Of a stretch of 64,000 nt of DNA, positions 1 through 14,524 are shown one piece after another. Source of the stretch: the human T2T-CHM13v2.0 reference genome, Homo sapiens. The notes beneath the pieces were generated by a model. That model worked only from the letters and a program-made list of their open reading frames with translations. It was not told where the DNA came from and searched no databases. Location of the stretch: assembly GCF_009914755.1 (NCBI RefSeq), contig NC_060938.1; one strand, given 5' to 3'. The position numbers and the translations under genes were made by a program. The first letter of the stretch is position 1. Every line of letters starts with the position of its first letter.

Positions 1-199
1 TCTGGCAGAGCTAAGCAGGAGAGGCGACTCACTGAAGTTTGATTAGGGATCTGGAATTACAGCGAAAGCAGCAACTTCTCTGAACTTAACTACCCAGTAT
101 TTATCACTTGAATAGAATAATTTTTCCTCATTTCCCACCAAAAGTGGGCACCAAAGTTTAGAAAGGTGGGGAAAGGTAGAGTGGAAAGATGAAGCATTT

Positions 200-380
200 C
201 AGTGTGAGCTCATGTTCAGAATCTCTACTTACTAGCTGTGTGACTTGGGGCAAGTTACATAATCTTTCTGAGCCTCAATTGTCTCGGCTCTAGAATAAGC
301 CAAGTAGGTATGGCAGAGGTATTATGAGAATTAAATAAAATGTATATCAGGAGGCCTAAAACAATCAGTGCCTGGCATTT
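200..380 (+). mobile_element. MIR SINE
   Basis: CTACTTACTAGCTGTGTGACTTGGGGCAAGTTAC..CTGAGCCTCA core. Confidence 0.75.
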
Positions 381-714
381 AACAGATACTGAACAAATAG
401 CCCTTCCCCTTTCCACCTTCAAAGGACCACCACAGATGTGGAAGACGTGGTATTCTGCAGGTGTTTTCAGTTTGTAAAGTGCTTTTAGCTTTTAAAGCAC
501 CTTCATAGCTGTTTTCTTTGTTTTCTAAAGAGAAAAGGAAGATGTGAAGAAAAGAAATACAAAAAGAGGAAACTCTGGAAGATGGACAGAACATTGCATA
601 ACAAAAACGATGGCTAGCAGACTTGGAATGTGCATGTAGAGTTTTCACAAGGCAAGCGACAGTCAAGTGAGAGTGAGTTAACTCTGCAGTAAACGTTCTC
701 CAATTTAAATAATA

Positions 715-947
<233 letters not shown>

Positions 948-1869
948 TCAAATGTCTGAGTTTGCTATGAATTTGACTTAGAAATTCATTTTTTAGAAGA
1001 AAAATGTCTTGCTATTGCAGTTGCCCACCAGTGGAGCAACAGTGACACTAGCTAATCAGTGATGTGTATTCCCTAAGGGATACCACCAAGCCAGGCTATT
1101 AAAACTTCCTAAATATAGCTTGTGTGGTGTCATGTCTGCTGGGCTCTTTTAGATCTCAACATCCAAAGCAAGTGTAAATCTGCACTACAGATAAAGTGTG
1201 GCCCAGCTGGAACCCAAACTGTGCCCCTCCCCTCCCACCTCCCTTTCAGAGTCTACTTACATGAGGCCACTCGGTATCCACCAAGATATAAATCATGCTA
1301 AAGAAACAGAGTGTCAGTCCCTACCCTCCTGGCCCACCAGCACTGTTCTTCTGGCCTTTGACTAAGTCCTGGAAAAGGGCGGCTTAGGGAGATATTTCAC
1401 TAAATATATTCACACATCTCTGAGAGGCCCCCAGGCAGCTAGGCTTTGGGAGTATATGACAAAGTGGAGCAAGGAGAGGAGTAAAGGAGCTGTCCTATGT
1501 CACTGGAGTAAACTGTGGCATTTCACCCAGTGCTCAAGGGTCCTGGGGCCCAATGAATTTGGATTTAAATTTATGCTCTGACATTTTCTAAGTGTATGAC
1601 TTGGGGCAAGTTTGTTAACCTCAGCATCATCATCTACAGAACGGACAAAGAAAAAAAAAAGCATCTGTTAGTCTTCCTGAGACTTAAACTAGAACCATGT
1701 AAGAGCAATGCCTTCTGACTTTTCTCAAGTCATGACAGTCACAGAAAATACCACATGTACAGTATAATCCTATGACATAATGCAACTGCTCGATCATAGA
1801 GTTAACAGCATTAGATGTCCTGAGACCACAGGCCGTGACCTTCCTCCCTGAGGGTTGAAGGGATAATAA

Positions 1870-2110
1870 TAACAGTGATAGCAAACAGCATCTGTGTAGT
1901 GATTCCTGTGTGCCAGAAGCTGTTCTAAATGCTTTACTTGATTAATTCATTTGATTCTCAGAGCAATAGTATGATATGGGAGTATTATTATCTCTTTTTC
2001 TCAGATGAGGAAACAGGCACAGAGAGGCTATGGAATGTACATAAGATTACACAGTCTGTGAGTGTCAGGTCCAACCCAGCAGTTAGATCCAGCATCCTCA
2101 CTTCCCACCA
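1870..2110 (-). mobile_element. MIR SINE
   Basis: TTTCTCAGATGAGGAAACAGGCACAGAGAGG core in reverse orientation. Confidence 0.7.
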
Positions 2111-2249
2111 ATTATGCAGTAGAACCTTTCAGTATCATGGCCCAACTCCACCCCAACACCACGCCCTACTGGGGCACTCTGCAGTATGGCCCTTCTCACA
2201 CAGCAGCTAACTTATAATAGCATTAATACTTATAAAAAGTACTTTTATA

Positions 2250-2516
<267 letters not shown>

Positions 2517-3886
2517 TTAATAAATATTAATGCTTCCTTATAAAAAGTATTTTATAAGTATTAATTTTTTATAAGATATGGGGTTTTATAAGTATAAAAA
2601 GCATTAATACTTATAAAAAGCAGCTCAATCAAGTGTGCAGATGGATGCACCAACAAGTTGCACAGCATCAGTGGGTTTGACAGAGCAGGACAGTCCAGAA
2701 CAATGGGCACTGGCCTGGTTGGTTGTGGTGGGAATCACAGAGACAGGCAGGGCTGGCTCAGCCGCAGGCCACACCACAGGAAGGGAGAAAAAGAGGATGG
2801 ATTCCTCATGGTGGTGCAAATTCCCTTAGGTGGTCCATGCTCTGGGGTTGTATCACTGTCCAATAAATCGTTGTGGGGACGCTTTAGGGTCTAGAAGTCT
2901 AGCATTAGCGGTGGGAATTAGAGCCATTCTGTTTTTAACTATGGGCTTAATGTTGCAGTTACCCGTAATCAGTCCTGGCCTGAAAAAGCCCAGGATGCAG
3001 CTGTATGTATGTATTGAACTTTAACATGTTCATCTGCTGATTATAAATAGTAAACTTCTGAAAGGCAGAAAATGTGTCTCTTGCATTTGCTTGCATTTGC
3101 TAGCTATCTCTTGATAGCTGCTAGCATTTGTCAGAGCCCTTTTCACATAGTAGGCCATCAATAAATGTGCAATCAAGTTCATTAAACATATTTAATAAAG
3201 ATTTACTACCTAGGGCTAGCCCTTGAAACAATTACTTCTAACTTCAGAATTTTCTTTTGCAGAGGCAATGGCATCAGTTTCTCTGCTCTAAGTTTAAGGA
3301 AGAACAGGAAAACTGGCAGAGACAAACCCAAAGACCTAGTCCAAACTGAACACATTTATTCAACACCAACTCTATTCAAGACTCTCTCTTAACATAAAGC
3401 AGTCTTTCTTCTCTATAGAAAAGGATACAAATGAAAGATGCTGTTTGCAAACTCTGACGCTTTCCCTAAATCAAAGAACTCATTCCTAACAGTAGTTTTC
3501 ATTAATTATTAATTTATTATGAATACTAATTCTGAATGCATTCAATCAAATGTGATTTGATGAAATAATAGTTGCTGCCATGACCCAAGAAAGAAAAGTT
3601 GCTGCAATGTGTGCCATTACTCTTTAAGTAAATGGTTTTCAAGTGTATAAAGGTGGTTTCAGGTAGGTTTGAAGCACTGATTGTCATGTCCAAACATTTG
3701 GACCCTGGGTATGGCGATGGAATAGGGGCAGAATGTGATGCAGCGAACATAAATTAAATGAGACTGCATTTTCTTTCATGGAACCCTTAGAGATGCTTGC
3801 CGTGGAAACTGAAACATCTGTTTTAAAAAATAAACGTCATTTAGGAGTGCTTTGCCAGATACAAACATCTCAGTGACAATTTAGAA

Positions 3887-4106
3887 CAGGGGTTGGCAAG
3901 TTACAGCTCATGGGGCAAATCCAGCCATTCTTCTGTATTTGTAAATAAGATTTCATTGAATACAGTCATACTCATTTGTTCATGTATTGTCTATAACTGC
4001 TTTTGCTGCACTACAACTGCAGAGTTAACTAGTTTCAAAAGGCACCAAATGGCCAGCAAAATGAAAAATATCATCTAACCCTCTACAGAAAGTTTGCCAA
4101 CCCTTT
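3887..4106 (+). mobile_element. MER58A-type hAT-Charlie MITE
   Basis: TIRs CAGGGGTTGGCAA / TTGCCAACCCTTT; 8-bp TSD ATTTAGAA at 3879-3886 and 4107-4114. Confidence 0.85.
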
Positions 4107-5689
4107 ATTTAGAATAACACCAAAAGTCACGGATACCAACATCTCAGTGACAATTTAAACCAATATCAAAATTAATTTCACCAATTCACAGCCCAACCTG
4201 CTAAGACATCTCAAATTAATTAGGGTGTTTTTTAGCATTTGTGTAATTGACTCCTTGAATTGTCGACATGATGCTCATTAAAGAGAAGCACATTTTGCCA
4301 TAAGTTGGTCATACGGGAAGTAGAAGATATGGGTCTTCCCCTTGATATTGGCAAATTGGCATCTAAGTCGTGTACAGAAAATCATATTTGTGGTTCTTAT
4401 TGCATTTCTTACCATAGGTGAGTGTTTACCTGTCCCCTTAACTTCAAGGGCTGAGACAAACTCTAAAACATTAAGATGTATAAGAAAGAAAAATAATTGA
4501 AAAATCAGTCTCTCAATTTTTAATATGTGACCCTTCTTACTTCTACCTCTGATGCTTGCCTAGCTATGACCTAGCTTCTGGCAAGGCAGAATTTACTTAA
4601 GGATGCATCATTGTCATTTGCAGGAGGCGCTCCTACCCACACATTATTCCCTTTTAGTCCCTCACCCAAAACTCCCCCTAAATAGCGCATCTCCCAGGAT
4701 GCTTGACTAGCCGAGAAGACCAGTGTTACCAACCTTGCCAGCAATAACTTTTCTTACATTCCTCCTCATAGGCACAAATTTTTTTAAGTGTGGAAAAAAG
4801 GAAATTTAAGAAGTAAAAAAGATAGTGATGAAAAGTCAGCATGTATAAAGAAAAAGTCTGTTGGAAAAGGGAGAAGAAGCATGCAGGATTACCCCAAAGG
4901 CAAAAACCTATTGATAAAGAAGCAAATAGAGAGCCAAGCTTTCAAAAAAGAAGGAAGTAAAAATTTGGGGGTCTGGCCTAAAGCAGGGCATTTTCATTTT
5001 ACCCAGCAACATTGTTCTTTCAAGACACATTTTATATTGTCTCTGAGTGGAGAGTTGCACTTCACATATCTGCAATCCAGGGAGAATCACAATGATGGTG
5101 GCATATCTCTCTCTTAATTGTCATTGGGCCCCATGCGTGTAAAATCGTATTTTCACGAACTTCATAACACAACGTAATGTCTTTGTTTTTCTTCTCATTA
5201 AACAGAGCCAAATGGCTACACTGCAGAGGAGGCTATTGTCTACTGATAGTTACTGATCAAAAGCAAATCAAGTACTGCAACTCAGGCACCAACACAGGAT
5301 CCACCCCCACTCTTTCAGCCCTCCCAGTCATGCAGAAAATGAACCTCCCTATAGTCTAAATTTCCACTATTCAGAAACCTTAGCTCAGGGCCTACCTGAT
5401 TTGGGGTTCATCAACCCCTGAAAAAAACTCAGTTTACTATCTCAGAACCAGAAAACATATACGATCTCTTAACATTTTGTAGATGCTAATTTCTTGTGTT
5501 GAATTTACTGATGTAGTAACAACAAAAGGTACAATAAGGTCTACTTCATAACACATTGAACGCTGTATATTCATAAGCTGAGAAGCAGAGCTAAGAATGA
5601 GGCAAGTCAAGTGACTAAAGCACAAAATTTAAGAAAGTACTCACTTTTGGGATTGTATAAGCAGAGTCAGCAATCTTTGACCAATGGGG

Positions 5690-7800
5690 GATGGGAGTTT
5701 GTAGATAAGTGCTCCACTGTTACCTCCTTTGAGTGCATGACTTGAGCTGCATTCTGTAGACTACACAGGAGGCATGATTGAGTTTCAGCTGCCCACAACA
5801 GTGACTACTTGATAATAAACCTTTCATTTGCCTTTCCCTCCTCTGTTTTATTCTTTTGAAACTCTCATCCCAGCTCCATGGAATCACCTCTTAACTACCT
5901 CCTAAGTGCAAGCCTGTATCTCAGGCTCCACTTTCTGAGAAAACACAAGCTAAGAGAGTTGCTACAGGAAGTATATGTTCAGAATGGGACTCTGGAACTA
6001 GTGACTCACCAGTGACCAGTATCACTATCAAAAGGCTCACCTCTAGTAGATGAAAATGAGGTACAGATGACAGATGAATCACTAGTTTCTGCATTTGAAC
6101 AGTATGGGGGAATGCGAATTATAAGGATTGTGGGGTTGGCTGGCCTTAGTAAACTGCAACCATAGAGCTACAGAAATCTCTAACAGATCTCTTATGTCTT
6201 AACCAGTGCCCTGATAAGAGTGGGCCCTTGAGCCTTAGATGTAGAAAGCCCTGAGAATTTTGAATACCTGGATCCTTTTGAATTCTCCAGCCTGGAAGAA
6301 GCAGCATCCTCCCTCTTATTAGAGAATGGCCTCCTTTCCACTGGAGATGCTGCAAGGACTTCACCTGAGGCAGGTGCTTCACGTGACGAGGCTTTTCATC
6401 CCAAGAGCTACCATGCTTCCCCTTATTGCCTCCAGAATGGGCTGCACCACAGCCTGAGGAAGGAAATAAAATCTCTGCTGTGGCAGGAACGAGGATATAT
6501 GCAATGGAACTGCAGGATTCTAATGTGTGCTGCTGGGAACCTGGAGAGTGGAGAATACATATGAGACAGGTCTTCAGGGTTTTACAAGCAGAAAATGCAG
6601 TGGGGATAGGGGAGGATTTATTGATGTGCTATGATTTGAGAGCTTAATGTTCTGGCAAAGCCACCTGATTCTGACCCAAAAATGTGGTTAGAATGACCCG
6701 TTAAAAATTGATCATGACAATGGCCTACAGTGAACGAGGCAGAGATTATGGAATTGTCTCAGCAGAGTATTGAGGTAGGAGTCAGAAGCCTCTGAGAGGT
6801 GAGACTGTTAGAAAGGATTTAAGTGCTGCTGGAGAACTCACCACCTGAATGTATTCTCCAGAAGGGTCCAAGGATAGTCACTTCATTAAAGCAATAGGGA
6901 ATGCACAGGTGAGAGGCATACCAGACCCACTGAGAAGCTAGGCAATGGCTGTCCTCTGCAGGTTAAAATTGACAGTAGGCAATACTGCTGTGGAACTGGG
7001 CTCCCAACTTCAACATCAGTATATATATTAGGTTGTGGAATTTGGTAATGGCAGAGGCCAGATGTTAGCACTTAATAATCAGAGACAAGGAAGAAATAAT
7101 TGCCCCCATGGCATCAAGGCTGGAGGAAAAGTCAGGGGCTCTCTCTCCAATAACTAAAATTCATGGGTCTGGAACCAACAGTGAAGTAGGATTGAGCCCT
7201 GTCAGCATTCCGCTCAGTAACCCACTTGCTGAATGTGTGCTGCTTCTCTCCACAAACAGGATCTGTTTGTGAACCCCTTGATTCACAGTGTAGGTTAGGC
7301 TTCTACCAGAGGATGCAGTAAGGGGCTTGACCACGAAGCTATAATAATCAATTAATCATATGAGCTCTTCATTCCAGTAGACTACTGGGCAAAGAAAGGA
7401 TCACTGTAAAGATGGGAGCTATTGACCCTTGTTGCTGTCAAGATCTAGGATTGATGCTACACAGTAGGAGCAGAAAGAAGAGTGTCTGTACATCAGGGAA
7501 TTTACTGGTGTGTTTCATGGTGCTTCTCTGCCCTGTAGTCACATTAAATGTGAAATCTCAGCAACCATGGTCCAACAGGTATTAAAAAATAAAATAAACA
7601 AAGGCTCAGACCTCTAAGGGATGAAGATCTGGGTCACTGACCAAGCAAACAACTTAGAACTGCTTAAACACAATGTAAGCATGAATGAACTCTAGAATGG
7701 GTTACAGAAGAGTGTGCTGATGAATATCAATTACAGCCTCAGGACGAAGTACAACATGTGGACTGTAGCTTGTTTCAATAACCCTGCTGTTTTACATTTG
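5690..7800 (+). mobile_element. Ancient ERVL: LTR16-like LTR (~5690-5957) followed by degraded internal sequence (ERV3-16A3-like)
   Basis: AATAAA, LTR 3' end TCAGGCTCCACTTTCTGAGAAAACACAAGCTAAGA, then a PBS-like GTTGCTACAGGAAGT and decayed ERVL-like internal sequence. Confidence 0.6.
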
Positions 7801-7829
7801 TCATAGGTTGCAGCAATTCTGCCAATAAC

Positions 7830-9240
<1,411 letters not shown>

Positions 9241-10066
9241 TTATTACTGATCGCTCTAAATAAATGTAGATAAGAGTAGGCTGAAAAGAGTTTTTAGGGC
9301 AGCAACTGAAGGCAAAATGTGAGTCTGGGTAAGAGAAAAATGGTATACTTTATCCAAGAGTTAGAATTCTCCAGAGCACAGACAGCATGCCACAGCGGAG
9401 AAAAAATAACGTATAAGCCAATGCAAGACACATTTCTCACCAATGATCAGAGGTAACTCAAAAGCTATATATGTCTCAGTAATTAATGTTTTCTTCTTAA
9501 CTTCAATGAACTGTTCTCTTCAGAGTATCTGTAATGCCACAAACTACATCGTTTAATATTTTTCTCTTTTGAAAATGTATCTGCGGAATGAGTGCCAATA
9601 GAGAGGAGACAAAACTTCCTTTTTGGTAACAGATAAAACTTCTCAAGGTTTAGAGTATGAACTGAGTAAGCCTCTGAGGATTGTATTTTTAGTGTCAGAT
9701 CTCATGACAAGGCACTGCTTCTATAAGGATCATCAGACTTACAAATTCCAATTGATTGGAGTAATAAGAATACCTGGCAAAGATACAGGTATTCTTAGAG
9801 AATAGAGAAATGGCTGATTTCTAATCATGCCACTAATGCCTTGGAAGTGTCTGTTAACAAAAAGAGAAAGCTTGCTATCACATAAGGCTTATAAAACACC
9901 TATTCTTTACTGTGACCTAAATTTTTCAGCTTGATTTACTTTATCAGTTATTAGTACTTTCTTTTTCATGTTTGCTTTATTTCATACTTGTAAGACAATT
10001 CACTCATGACCCTTAATTGCCATTGTTGCCTGTTCTGTCATTGTCGTGTTTTCCTCCTTATAACAA

Positions 10067-10234
10067 GCCAAAGGCAAAAACAATGCTAGTTCAGCCACAG
10101 CTTCCAAGTCACACAGACAACTTCTTCCCAGGCTTTTGGATTTTTGTGATGCCAAAGGCAAAAACAATGCTAGTTCAGCCACAGCTTCCAAGTCACACAG
10201 ACAACTTCTTCCCAGGCTTTTGGATTTTTGTGAT
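10067..10234. repeat. Perfect 84-bp tandem duplication
   Basis: 10067-10150 is identical to 10151-10234. Confidence 0.97.
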
Positions 10235-11899
10235 AGTATAGAAAATTATACTAGAATCCAAATACTAAAGGTGGCTCTTTTGGCAAATAATGATTACAGC
10301 TTCATGTAGAAATTCATTTTGGTGTAGAAATTCACTTTGCAGCTAAGGCTACCACTGGGCAAAGGCAGATTTTAAACTATCAATAGCTTTTCAATGGTAA
10401 GAAAAAAGCTGTGCGCATGCAGTATACAAACCATAACAGCAGGTAATAAGGGCATTCAGTAAAACTAAAGCAAGGTGTTAAGGAGCCTGGAGGAACAAAT
10501 GTAATAGGAAAGTTCACTTAATAACTTGTCCATTCAAGTAAAGTTTATCCGTGGACAACCATGAGCACCTCAAGTATAGTCAATTCTTTGCTTTCCACCA
10601 TGGCTGGGGAAGGTTGGTTAAATCAAATATTCTGGTCAAGTACAATGTTAGAAAAATTAATTTGTAGGAAGGGATTTCTAGTAAGTTGAAAGCCTGGTGC
10701 TGGTCTAAGCAACCAGGTGACCTCCATTTCACCTGATGCTGAAGTTATCACTAATAAATATGCTAGAATTGTTCTGCATCAGTTCTGAGGAGGCCAGCAT
10801 ACAGGAAATCCAGAACAGTTGGGAGAAGCTGGGAGCAGGGCCAGGAATAGGGTTGGATAAGTGAGGCACCTAAGGAGGTGCCCACTCTCAGGCACTGACC
10901 CTGCCTACATGTCCATGTCCCTGAGAGTAGGTGTCTCTTTAGATTTGGTGCTTTAGGCTCTTGACTTCCCTTGCCCTACTACTGGCCCTGGCCTGGCAAA
11001 TACAAGGAGGCAAGCAAAACCTCAGTCTGTACCCAGTGGCTGTTCTCTGGCTATGCTGATGCTTCTCTGACAGCTCAGACCTCATGGGAACTTTGGGGAC
11101 CTGAGAGACTTTACCTTTGTCTTGGAGCACATTGCATTGTCTGATTTGTGTAGTTACCTGACTAGAGGTAAGTTTCTGTGTCCTTTGCTTTATATCCTTT
11201 ATCCTTTTACTGTGTTTCTTGGCACCTTTCCATCAATTACATCATTGTTCTGCAGTATCACCTATGCAACACTTAACACTAAAATAAGATTCAAAAATCA
11301 AAGCACAGAAAGAAAATCAAGGTCAGCATTGTGAACAGCAGTGATTACACTGCAGGGGTAAGGAATTAGCAGACAGTTGCAGACCTATGGGAAGAAGACA
11401 AGGTAAACTAGGTTATTCTCTACAGTCACCTAAAAAATTCTGGTTGTTAGCCATCTGACAGTTCTTAAGTTTTATTTTCTCCTTTTTTTTCATGGCCTCT
11501 TATTGCTTAAAAAACCCAACATATTACTAGCTCCAAATAAAAATGAGTAATTCAAAGACCCATAAAGAAACAATATTGTTGTCTCTATGCAAAAAGCAGT
11601 GGATCTTCTGCCTTAATACAGCTGACTATAATGTCCAAGGGGTCTCTCCTAGGGTTCTGATTATCTATTGCTGAATAACCTACCCTAAAATTCTGTGGCT
11701 TAAAACAACATCATTGGTTTTCCTCCTACTTTGAGGTCAATTTTTTTCTCCACCACTCTTGTGGCTTTCTCCTCTTATGTCACATTTCTAAAGGCTGGGG
11801 TGCCATGGGTGCTAGCACCTGGGGTGTCCAGGGCCTGATCTCTTCTGTATCTACAACTTCATCCCCTAAGTGTTCCCAGGCATCAAAAAATCCATCTAG

Positions 11900-12560
11900 T
11901 GATATATTCCAAGTTAGTATCTCCAGCTCGAAATTCTCTGGGGGAACTCCAGGCTCATGTCTGTGGCTGCCTATTCAGTGGCCAGAGAGATCTTAAAACA
12001 GAATCAGATCATGACACTCCACTGTTTAAAACCACCCACAGTCCCCCACTGCACTCAGAATACCCTCCACACTCCTCACCACAGCCCTGAGCCCTATGTG
12101 AGATGGCCCCACCTACCTTCTCGGCATCATTCTCTTGGATTGTGCTCCTTACTCACCACACTCCAGGCTTCCTAGTCCCTTTTCTCTCCCCTTCTGCCTG
12201 GAACACTCTTGCTCAGCTACCTCAGCCTCACCCTTCAGGTCCCAGCATAAATGTCATCTCCTCACAATATTGTGATCACCTACCCTGTCCTCATAGATCT
12301 CAGCAAATCTCTAATCAGCTCATTTATTGTTTACTTGTCATTGTCTGTACTTCCTTCTAGAAAATCAAGTTCGTGAAATCAGGGTTAGTATTACAACATA
12401 GCATATTTGAATCACGCTCCAGGGGAGTGGCATAAATTTGAATCACGCAAAGCCCCTGAGGGGCCCTGCTGTCTTGTTTATAGCTATATCCCTGGTGCCT
12501 GATATAGTGCCTGGTTCCTAGTTGGTGCTCAATTAATATTTTTCAATGAAGGAATGAACT
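11900..12560 (+). mobile_element. L2 3' region
   Basis: C/T-rich L2 body ending GGTGCTCAATTAATATTTTTCAATGAAGGAATGAA. Confidence 0.75.
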
Positions 12561-13199
12561 AATGACTCTGGCTCTATGATGTTAAAAGTCTTGGGAGTCT
12601 TGGGCAACTTGCAATCTGACACTACATCTATTCTGGTCTTAATAGATAGGTGTTTATTACATAGAAATTCACAGAATACTGTTAAAGTATGATGAATAAC
12701 ATCTTTAATTATTAAAAATCAGTTTGGTTTTGTAATCATTTCAATTATTATTTGACTAAATTATATAAAAATTTTAAATATAGACATGGAAAAAATAACA
12801 AAATAAGGCACCCATAATCTCACCTTTCAGATGAATAATGCATTAAACATATCATTAACAACTTTGTTTTCTTGTACATTTTAAGATTTGTCTCTACCTT
12901 GTAGATATTTCTCAGTATGGAATTTCAGCTAATTTTATATCATATTCCCCAAATCAGGAAGTAAAGAACAATATTCTAACATCTGGCAATAATTGATGGA
13001 ACCTGAAGGACCATTTTCATGCTTTTAGATGATCTTTACTAGCCCACTGGAATAATGTCACTTAAAAGATTTATAATCCGTTGATCAACAAAACATGACA
13101 CCGAGAATCCAGAATTCTGTTTGCATGTATCAGAAAAGTTTGACTACTAGGTCAGAAGTCTGAATCACTGGAGTTGAAAGTTAGCATACATGCTTCACA

Positions 13200-14160
13200 C
13201 ATTCATTCAGTATTTAATCGACAAATGCTAACTGAGCATCTACAGTGTCAGCAATGTTCTAGACCCTGGGCAACACAGCAGTGACAACAGTCAGAGCTTG
13301 GTCTAGTTGGAGGACAAGAGATAGAGAGTAGATGGTAGGTAGGTAGAAGATAGATAGATAGATACATACATACATATGTACACGCATACATATATAGGTA
13401 CATACATAAATAGAAGATAGATGATTGATAAACAGATGATAGAGACATGTAATATGTTTGATGATGACAAATGCTTTGGATAAAAACAGGCAGTGAAGGA
13501 TGATGGAGAGGGTACAATTTTAGTTTTTCTTTGGGGTTATCAAGGAAGGTCTCACTGAGAAATAAAAGAAGTGAGAGAGCCAGACATAGAGATATCTGGG
13601 GGAAGAGTGTTCCAGGCAGAGGAAACACCTATTGCAAAGGTTCTGAACTTTGAAAGTCTGATTGGTTTTAGAAAGAGTACAAGGTCAATATGTCTGGAGC
13701 TGACTGAACAAGGGAGAAAGTAGTTGATTGTGTGCTCACGGAAGTGTAGATTATTCAGGGCCTTAGAGGCTATTGTAAGGATTATGGATTTTACATTGAG
13801 TGGAAGAGAAAGCTATCGGAGGAACTGGGGTTTAAAGATGATATCATCTTGATTAATATTAAAAAGATCCCTCTAGCTTCCGTGTGAAGAACAGACTGAG
13901 AGTCAAGGGCAGAAGGAGGAAAAAGAGTCAAGAGGGTACAGCAATATTTCAGGGGTAAAAAAAGACTTGAACCAGAATGAGGAAGTGCAGGTGGCAAGAA
14001 AGGTCAGTTTGGAATATATTTTGATGGTAGAACTTAAGCTTGTGGAGGATTTGGAGGTGGGATCTGTATGGACCATGCCAAGGTCTTAGGCCTGAGCCTC
14101 TGGAAGGTGGGGCTGCCATTTACAGACAAGGAGAAGACCATGAGAGCAGGAGGTTTCAGG
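13200..14160 (-). mobile_element. L2 3' region containing a (TAGA)/(TACA) low-complexity tract (~13320-13445)
   Basis: ATTCATTCAG..CTGAGCATCTACAGTG start; GGGGAAGAGTGTTCCAGGCAGAGGAAAC L2 motif. Confidence 0.8.
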
Positions 14161-14524
14161 CGAATACTTCAACCATTCAAACAAAAAAGTGTTTTGTTTA
14201 AACAGCAAAAATGCTTAAGCCTTAGAAATGTCTGGGAAATAATCATTTGGCTACATTAAAAGGGAGAAGGTTGAAAGCAGAGTAAATGATGAATGAAGAT
14301 AAGTGGAGGACTTAAATGCTGGTATGACTAATAAACAGGATACCTTGAGTCTGTTCTAATACTGGGTATATGTCTTTCAAAAGGATCTCTAGGCAACCAT
14401 CACAAGGATTTGACACTCCCTACCTACCTCTGTAGAATAGCTTCTTAGAGCTGATCAATTCACCAAACAATAAAATGCAGTTCTACAAGCTTTAGAACAT
14501 GTTCAGTAACAAGAAAGTAACTAC

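Noticed and set aside
4788-5117. 109-aa lysine-rich ORF
   Set aside because: Non-ATG start, purine-rich low complexity, no recognisable homology or splice context
10000-10241. ORFs with an exactly repeated 28-aa peptide; superficial CRISPR-like repeat
   Set aside because: Consequence of the 84-bp (multiple of 3) tandem duplication; only two units and no spacers
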